DNA of 64,000 bases, from contig CAVVXN010000005.1 in NCBI GenBank assembly GCA_963752285.1, positions 1,664,001-1,728,000 of the forward strand. Reading direction: 5' to 3'. Positions 58,014 through 64,000 of the stretch are shown here, one piece after another; position 1 is the stretch's first letter; each line of letters opens with the position of its first letter. Source of the stretch: an uncultured Planctomycetota bacterium (lineage in GTDB: Bacteria; Planctomycetota; PLA2; JAEUHO01). The translations under genes were made by a program, and so were the position numbers. The notes beneath the pieces are model-generated. The model had not been told where the DNA came from, searched no databases, and saw nothing but the letters and a program-made list of their open reading frames with translations.

Positions 58014-59708
58014 CTACCGCCAGTAGTAGCTCCACGCGTACTGGAGGTCGATCGACGTCCCGGGCTCCAAGTCGAGCTCCCAGCGTACCTGGCTCACGCT
58101 GTTGAAGTGGTACCACCAGTAGGGCCACGCGTACCAACCCCACCAGGTCGGCGGGTGCCAGCGCGCCCAGCTCGCCTCCTCCATCGCGTTCACGCCCTCG
58201 ATCGTCGCGTCGGGGGTCGCCTTCGTCGCGCGCCCGAGGAGGGAGCGGGTGACCTCGAGGTGGACGGCCTCCTTCTTGTAGCTCGTGAGCGTGAGCTTCC
58301 CCTCCATGTCCACGCGCGCGTACGTGTCGCCCTGCCAGCGGACCGCATCGACCTTGCGCTCGGCCTCGCGATCGCTCTTCTTCACGTGGACGTCCACGGC
58401 CGTCGTGATCGGGAGGTCCACCGAGCCCCCGGCGCTCGTGTAGGTCATCAGGCCCTGCGCGAGGACCTTCCCGTTCCGAAACAGGAGCGCCGGCGCGGTG
58501 GTGAGCGGGTGCGGACCGTCGTTCTGGATCCGGGCCTGGTGCACCACCTTCGGCGCGGCCTCGAGCCGGAGCAGCTCGAGCTGCTCCTGGTTCCGGTAGA
58601 CCTGCTGCGCGATCTGGGGCCAGACCTCGGGCGGCGGCGAGAAGGGCGCGTCGAGCGTGTAGACGTCCGAGTACGAGAGCGTCACGTCGGACACGGGGAC
58701 GACGAGGCGCTCGCCCTTGCCTACCGTCACGTGCGCGACGTGGAACACGTACAGGTCCTCGTTCTGCGCGGATCCGAGTACCTCGGGCGGCGTGGGGGCC
58801 TCCGCGGCGCCCTCGTCTCGCCGCCGCTCGACCTGCGTTTGGATGGCGTTCGAGAGCATCTGGCCCGCGTAGGAGCCCCGCGGCATGCGCTGCGCCACCT
58901 GGGCCACCGCGGCCCCCAGGGCGATGGGGTCGAGCGTGTCGGAGAACGCGAAGGTCGGGACGCCGATCACGAGGTCCACGTCCACGTCGTCGAGGTCCGT
59001 CAGGTCGTCGACGATCGTGGCCTGGAGTCGGACGTGGGCCTTCCCCCCGTCGAGCAGGTCCACCTTGTAGGAGGGGATCCAGCGGAGCCCGCTCTCCAGC
59101 GCGAGGTAGCCGACGGTCGCGGCGTCCTTCCGCGGCCCCGACCAGGAGAGCCCGAGCGTGAGCCGGTCCTGGGTCACCTCGCCCGGGAGGCTCGACTTCG
59201 GCTCTTCGCGGAAGACGACCTCGCGGATGCGCGCGACGGGCATCACGCGGACGCCTTCGTCGTCCTGGAGGAGGATCGTGTTGCCCCGGACGGAGAGGAC
59301 CTTCGCGTGGAACGAGTGCCCGTCCACGTCCGTGGGGATGACCTGGGCACCGACGTTCAGACGGAGGAGGTCCACGATCTCGGTCGCCGTGTGCGCCACC
59401 TGCACCGTCGTCTGGCCCGCGCGGGCCGACGTGAGCTTCGCGCCCGCCTCGTCGGCGAAGGGCCAGAAGGTGCCGAGCACGGGCGCGGGGAGGCGTTGGA
59501 GCACGACGTTGCCGTCCTTCTCGACCGGGAGCGTTCCGGCGCGCAGCAGGAGCGCGTGGCCGTCCTTGAAGACGGTCACCTCCTTCACGGGCAGCGACAC
59601 CGCCTTCGCAGGCGTCTCGGCGTCGTCGGCGCGCGCGGCGGGCGCGAGCGTCGGCAGCAACGCGAGCAAGACGAGCGCGGCGACACGAAGGAGAACGGGG
59701 TTCCTCAT
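58014..59708 (-). CDS. Exported DUF4139/DUF4140-like protein
   Basis: Signal peptide; VTVFKDGHALL, LRW.PSY, DLYVF, WELDLEPG...LQYAW. Confidence 0.7.
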   Translation of the reverse strand: MRNPVLLRVAALVLLALLPTLAPAARADDAETPAKAVSLPVKEVTVFKDGHALLLRAGTLPVEKDGNVVLQRLPAPVLGTFWPFADEAGAKLTSARAGQTTVQVAHTATEIVDLLRLNVGAQVIPTDVDGHSFHAKVLSVRGNTILLQDDEGVRVMPVARIREVVFREEPKSSLPGEVTQDRLTLGLSWSGPRKDAATVGYLALESGLRWIPSYKVDLLDGGKAHVRLQATIVDDLTDLDDVDVDLVIGVPTFAFSDTLDPIALGAAVAQVAQRMPRGSYAGQMLSNAIQTQVERRRDEGAAEAPTPPEVLGSAQNEDLYVFHVAHVTVGKGERLVVPVSDVTLSYSDVYTLDAPFSPPPEVWPQIAQQVYRNQEQLELLRLEAAPKVVHQARIQNDGPHPLTTAPALLFRNGKVLAQGLMTYTSAGGSVDLPITTAVDVHVKKSDREAERKVDAVRWQGDTYARVDMEGKLTLTSYKKEAVHLEVTRSLLGRATKATPDATIEGVNAMEEASWARWHPPTWWGWYAWPYWWYHFNSVSQVRWELDLEPGTSIDLQYAWSYYWR

Positions 59709-59830
59709 CACGACTTCCTCCGCGAGGCGACGAAGGCGACGATATCGCCGAGCCGTCGCCGCGGACGCAAAGGCTCTGCAAGTTCCAGAGCGGCTCGCTC
59801 GCGTTGACGAGGGGGAGGAGGAAGACCCTC

Positions 59831-61549
59831 ATGACGGCTCGGTGGGCGCTGCTCTGGGTCGCGTCGGTCGCGTGCGCCTTCGTCCTGGGGTGGGCCGTCG
59901 CCCGCGAACGGCCCGGGGGGGCCCTCGCGCCCGGGTCGGGTCCGAGGGCCGCGACGGGCGCCGGGATCCCGAAGGCCTCGCGAGCGCGCGCGGGCCCCAC
60001 CGTGCCCCCGGCCACGCTCGCGCCGGCGCCTCCCGCGCCGGCTCCGGCCGCGTCCGAGGGGCGCGCGGCCGAGGCGGGCGTCGCCGGGCTCCCGGACGGC
60101 GCGCCGACGCCACGGGGCCGCCCCCTCCTCGGCGCCCCGTCGGCCTGGGTGGTCGTCTCGCTCGGGTACCCGGGCGGGTGGCGCGCGCGGGGCGGACGGG
60201 TGTACGCGCTGCCGGCGGGAGCCCGGGGCGCTCGGGGCTTCGAGGCGGCGCCGACGGTGGACGCCGAGGGTGACGGCCCGTGGCGTCTCCCGCTCCCCGC
60301 CGCGGGTCGCTGGGACGTGGGCTTCGTGTGCGACCTCGGTGCCGTGCTCCTGGAGGACGTGGTCGTGGACGAGGGCGGCGAGGCGCACGTCCGGCTGTCC
60401 GCGCCCGGCGCGGCGCCCGTGCACGTCGAGATCGTGGGCGCCCCCGCTCGGCTCCCGTCCGTCCACGTCCGGATCGCCGGACAGGGGGAGCCCGTGTCGC
60501 TTCCCGGGCGCGGCCAGCGCGCGCCGGTCGCGTGGTCGACCGAGCTCGGCGAGACCGCCGGGGCCTCGCCCCCGATCGAGGGCGGGCGGCCGCTCCGCGC
60601 CCAGGCCTGGCTCGATCCCAAGTCCGGCGAGGCCCCGTGGTGGAGACTCGTCGCGGAGTCGAAGGATGTCGAGGCCGGCGAGACGGTGCGGTTGTGTCTC
60701 GTGCACCTCGGTCACGTCCGCGTGCGCTTCCGGGTCGGATCCGAGGGAGGGCCCCACGGCGTCGCACCGTCCCTCCGTTCCCTGACGGCGCCCGACGGGC
60801 CGCTCGTCTGGTGCGCGGTGATTCCGGACGCGGCCGGGTCCGTCGTCCTCGCCGCGGACCCGGGAACGTACCGGCTCGCGTGGACGGGACAGTTCGTCGC
60901 CGACGGCCACGTGGACGGCGTACGCATCGCGCCCGGAGAGACCACGGACCTCGCGGTCGACCTCGTCGCGATCCCCGACCGCTACGCCCCATACGCGAAC
61001 GTCCCCGACTTCCCGCTCCGCGTTCGGGGAACCGTGGAGAGCCGAGGCCAGCCTGGACGGGAGGTGGTGGTCGCGGCGCTCGTGACGGAGGAGGTGGGCG
61101 CCGAGACGACGGTCGAGAGCACCGGCTTCGACCCGGCCCCGGACGCGTCGCCCGAGGTCGAGTGGAGGGACGCCCGCCTCGTGGTCGCCCGACAGGGACC
61201 GTGGCGCGCGGGGGGGCCCTTCGCGGGACCGTTCTCGCACGGGATCGACGTGTCGGTCGAGCCGGGGGGCCTCCTCCTCGTCGCGCCCGAGACGGTGACG
61301 TCGGCGCACCTCGGCCGGCTCCGCGTCCGCCGCGTCGACGGCGCGCCGTTCTTCGCGTGGCGTCAGGAGGACGGGGAGCTCCAGCCCCTCGAGCCGGGCG
61401 TGGAGATGGAGGTGGACGCGGGGACGATCCTCGGCCCCTTCCCGGCGGGCCGCGTCTCCTTCGAGGTGCGCCTCGGCGGCGCGCGGTTCGCCGACGCGAG
61501 GGCCACGGTCCTTCCGGACCGGCTCGAGGTGCTCCGCCTCACGCGGTGA
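59831..61549 (+). CDS. Membrane-anchored hypothetical protein with beta-sandwich (carboxypeptidase-regulatory-like) repeats
   Basis: GGAGGAGG SD; N-terminal TM, Pro/Ala linker, repeats such as PGTYRL, AGRWDV, GPFPAGRV. Confidence 0.65.
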   Translation: MTARWALLWVASVACAFVLGWAVARERPGGALAPGSGPRAATGAGIPKASRARAGPTVPPATLAPAPPAPAPAASEGRAAEAGVAGLPDGAPTPRGRPLLGAPSAWVVVSLGYPGGWRARGGRVYALPAGARGARGFEAAPTVDAEGDGPWRLPLPAAGRWDVGFVCDLGAVLLEDVVVDEGGEAHVRLSAPGAAPVHVEIVGAPARLPSVHVRIAGQGEPVSLPGRGQRAPVAWSTELGETAGASPPIEGGRPLRAQAWLDPKSGEAPWWRLVAESKDVEAGETVRLCLVHLGHVRVRFRVGSEGGPHGVAPSLRSLTAPDGPLVWCAVIPDAAGSVVLAADPGTYRLAWTGQFVADGHVDGVRIAPGETTDLAVDLVAIPDRYAPYANVPDFPLRVRGTVESRGQPGREVVVAALVTEEVGAETTVESTGFDPAPDASPEVEWRDARLVVARQGPWRAGGPFAGPFSHGIDVSVEPGGLLLVAPETVTSAHLGRLRVRRVDGAPFFAWRQEDGELQPLEPGVEMEVDAGTILGPFPAGRVSFEVRLGGARFADARATVLPDRLEVLRLTR

Positions 61550-61610
61550 CCCGCGCGTGGGGGGCGCCGCGCCCCGCGTGCGCGGCGGCGGCGCGGCATG
61601 CGGCCATGCC

Positions 61611-61650
61611 GGGCCCGGGTCGGCCCGGGTCGGCCCGGGTCGGCCCGGGA
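61611..61650. repeat. Short tandem repeat, about 4 x 10 bp (CGGCCCGGGT)
   Basis: gggcccgggt cggcccgggt cggcccgggt cggcccggga read directly. Confidence 0.85.
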
Positions 61651-61772
61651 TGCTGCCCCCGGCGTGGTGGCGGGGACGGGGGGGCACCGCGAGGCGGGAG
61701 CGGGTGGCGCTCCGGGCGCGAGAATCCGGGCTCGTGGGGCTGTCCCCCCTTCGTGTTCTCTTCTTGTTCGTC

Positions 61773-63272
61773 ATGCGTCGTCCGTCCCACTGGTCCAACC
61801 CGCTCGAAGGCGCGCGACGGGACGAGGAAGCCGCCGCGGCGCTGCCGCGTGCGATCCGCGGCGGCCGGCGGTTCCAGATGCGGCAAGCGCGCCTCCTGGC
61901 CCGGCTGGATGCGGTCCGGCACCACCGGACGGCCGGCGCGGCCGGGCTCGAGGAGTACGCGCTGCGCTGCGGTCTCGGCCCGCGCGAGACGCACGACCTG
62001 GTCCGTCTCGGCCACCTCGTGAGAACGCTCCCCGCGGCGGAGGCGGCCTTCCTCGAGGGGAGGCTCCCGCTCGAGTCGGCTTCGTCGCTCCATCTCGCGC
62101 TGAGCCCGGTCGGAGAGCTCCCTCCGGACGCGTCGCGACCGGCCGAGGGTTGGCTCGAGCTGGCCTGCCAGACCGCGCCACGCGACTTCGCCGACCTCGT
62201 CCGTCAGGTCCGGGCGGAGCTCCAGTCGGGCACCACGATGGTGCGGATCTCGGTGCTCCTCTCGGAGAAGACCCTCGAGACGTTCCACCGCGCGAAACGC
62301 GTGCTTCGCCATATGCGGAAGCGCGCGATCACGGAGGACGAGCTCGTGCAGACTCTGTGCCGGGAGTTTCTCGATCGTCACGATCCGGCGCGTCCGCCGT
62401 TGCGCGAGAGGAAGGTCGTTGCGACGGGCACGCACAGCCGGCACGTCACCGCGAGGGACAAGCGCGAGGTGATCGAACGCGACGGCTACCGCTGCATCCA
62501 CCCGGGGTGCACTTGCCCCGGTCCGTTCCACCTCGGGCACATCCGCCGCTACAGCGAGGGCGGCGGGAACACGGCCGACGAGCTCGTCTTGCAGTGCTGG
62601 ATCCACAACGAGCTCGAGGCCATGGGCATGGTGCAGATCCTGGGGCCGGCGTACGACCCGGGCTTCCAGTACCGCTTGGGTGGGCCCACCGCCCAATGGA
62701 GCGAGGTCGAGCGACCGTACGCGGGAGACGCGGAGGCTCGGCGCGAACGCGCGGACCGGGCGAGGAAGCGGTCGGCGGAGGAAGTGGCCGGGTCGAGCGC
62801 GGCCGGGCCGGCAGCGGGGTCGTTGGCAGGTCCGGGTGGAGATGCGATGAGCCCGGTTCAGGACGCGTCCGTGGACGACGTCGCCCCCGGGCCCGCGTCG
62901 GGTCCGGGCTCGCGACCGGACTCGTCGGCCGCCGCCGGAGGGCGCGTCGGACCGACCGCCTTGCCGAGGGCCGCCCGCCCGCCGACGAGCGAGCGCGCCC
63001 GAGGACCGATCTCGGCCCGCTTCGAACGATGCGACGGCGGGACGTTCGTGACCGAGCACCGGATCCGCATTCCCCATCTCGAGGCGCGCGACCCGACGCG
63101 TCTCGCGGCCTGGCTCCAGAGCTGGTTCGCCCTTCGAGCCGAGCGCGCGCGCATGCGGGACGAGGAGCCTTCGCGTTCCCAGGGTTCGCGGACCGCGCCG
63201 CATGTCCCCGACGCGTCGGGCGCGGGCGGGGGCTCCGGGAGAGACCCCGACGTGCCGCGCCGCCCGCCGTGA
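61773..63272 (+). CDS. HNH endonuclease-domain protein with DUF222-like helical N-terminus
   Basis: LPAAEAAFLEGRL; V..RDGYRC..PGC...GHI....GG.....L...C..HN; low-complexity C-terminal tail. Confidence 0.8.
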   Translation: MRRPSHWSNPLEGARRDEEAAAALPRAIRGGRRFQMRQARLLARLDAVRHHRTAGAAGLEEYALRCGLGPRETHDLVRLGHLVRTLPAAEAAFLEGRLPLESASSLHLALSPVGELPPDASRPAEGWLELACQTAPRDFADLVRQVRAELQSGTTMVRISVLLSEKTLETFHRAKRVLRHMRKRAITEDELVQTLCREFLDRHDPARPPLRERKVVATGTHSRHVTARDKREVIERDGYRCIHPGCTCPGPFHLGHIRRYSEGGGNTADELVLQCWIHNELEAMGMVQILGPAYDPGFQYRLGGPTAQWSEVERPYAGDAEARRERADRARKRSAEEVAGSSAAGPAAGSLAGPGGDAMSPVQDASVDDVAPGPASGPGSRPDSSAAAGGRVGPTALPRAARPPTSERARGPISARFERCDGGTFVTEHRIRIPHLEARDPTRLAAWLQSWFALRAERARMRDEEPSRSQGSRTAPHVPDASGAGGGSGRDPDVPRRPP

Positions 63273-63388
63273 GGCAGGGGTGGGCCGGGGGGATCTCGGT
63301 CTCCCCGACCTGCCCGGTACCCATGGACCCGCGGAATGGACAGCACGGACCTGGGTGGCTACCTTCGGCGCCGCCAGGGAGGGTTCCA

Positions 63389-63562
63389 ATGCGTCGCATG
63401 CTCCTCGCGCTCCTCGTCGCGGCGGCCGCCGCCTCGGCGGGGTGCCAGACCTCCTCCAACCGGTTCAAGCCGTGCTGGAGGACCTACGTGGTGAGCCAGC
63501 GCTGCGTGCCCGTCTCCCCGGCGACCCGGGTTCCGGCCGTCGTTCGGCCCGCGGACCGATGA
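63389..63562 (+). CDS. Small lipoprotein (57 aa)
   Basis: [26 protein letters not shown] lipobox; two further Cys. Confidence 0.6.
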   Translation: MRRMLLALLVAAAAASAGCQTSSNRFKPCWRTYVVSQRCVPVSPATRVPAVVRPADR

Positions 63563-63644
63563 CGCGGCCCTGATCCGGACCGAGAATCCCGGGCCTCATG
63601 TGTTCCGCCGCGACCATCGCGCGCGGACTACGAGAGGACTCCCC

Positions 63645-64000
63645 ATGCCGAGACCGTTCAGGCTCCTCGCCGCCGTCATTCTGCTCGCCCTCCCGCTGGC
63701 CGCTCGGGCCGACGAAGGAGTCCCCTCCGCCGAGACGCCCGGCGATCCGATGCTGACGATCGAGACGACGAAGGGCAAGATCGTCGTGGAACTGTTTCAA
63801 AAGGAGGCCCCGAAGACGGTCGAGAACTTCATGGGTCTGGCGCTCGGCACGAAGGAGTTCACCGACCCTGCCACGAGCGAGAAGGCGAAGCGCGCCTTCT
63901 ACGACGGACTCGCGTTCCACCGCGTGATCAAGGGGTTCATGATCCAGGGTGGAGATCCGCTCGGTACCGGTATGGGCGGCCCCGGGTACGAGTTCGAGGA
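63645..64000 (+). CDS. Cyclophilin-type peptidyl-prolyl isomerase, exported, 3' truncated (absent from the ORF track)
   Basis: Manual translation: signal peptide, [52 protein letters not shown]. Confidence 0.95.
   Translation, partial: MPRPFRLLAAVILLALPLAARADEGVPSAETPGDPMLTIETTKGKIVVELFQKEAPKTVENFMGLALGTKEFTDPATSEKAKRAFYDGLAFHRVIKGFMIQGGDPLGTGMGGPGYEFE

Noticed and set aside
61611..61650. CRISPR array
   Set aside because: The units are 10 bp with no spacers, and there are no cas genes in the window.

Overview
Very GC-rich bacterial chromosomal window, probably from a Planctomycetota-like organism. This is inferred from the RpoD sequence style, the dnaG-rpoD-zinc-ribbon cluster and the many secreted HEAT, VWA and HtrA-like proteins. 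Most of it is housekeeping or envelope genes: ABC transporter (5' partial), MarR-MFP-RND efflux operon, mutY, maeB, tRNA-Gln and tRNA-Glu, kynU/kynB-like genes, rnpB, dnaG-rpoD, rsmA, fhs-folD, a Ser/Thr kinase, selB, recJ (frameshifted), PilZ, DUF368, AsmA-like, comF, hutH-hisS, an HNH protein and a cyclophilin (3' partial). The best candidate for a new system is a tandem array of three paralogous Pro/Arg/Ala-rich lipoproteins (9286-11698, minus strand) ending in P-C-x-G-G-x-C-x-x-P-stop. In one paralog the second Cys codon is an in-frame TGA, followed by three codons ending in the conserved Pro, then TAG and a SECIS-like hairpin 11 nt after the TGA. With selB in the same window, this suggests a membrane-tethered selenoprotein with a CxGGxU tail. 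The second highlight is a duplicated two-gene module pairing an active HtrA-like protease with a double-domain pseudoprotease. All calls come from reading the sequence and motifs; no database searches were run, and some start codons are estimates.
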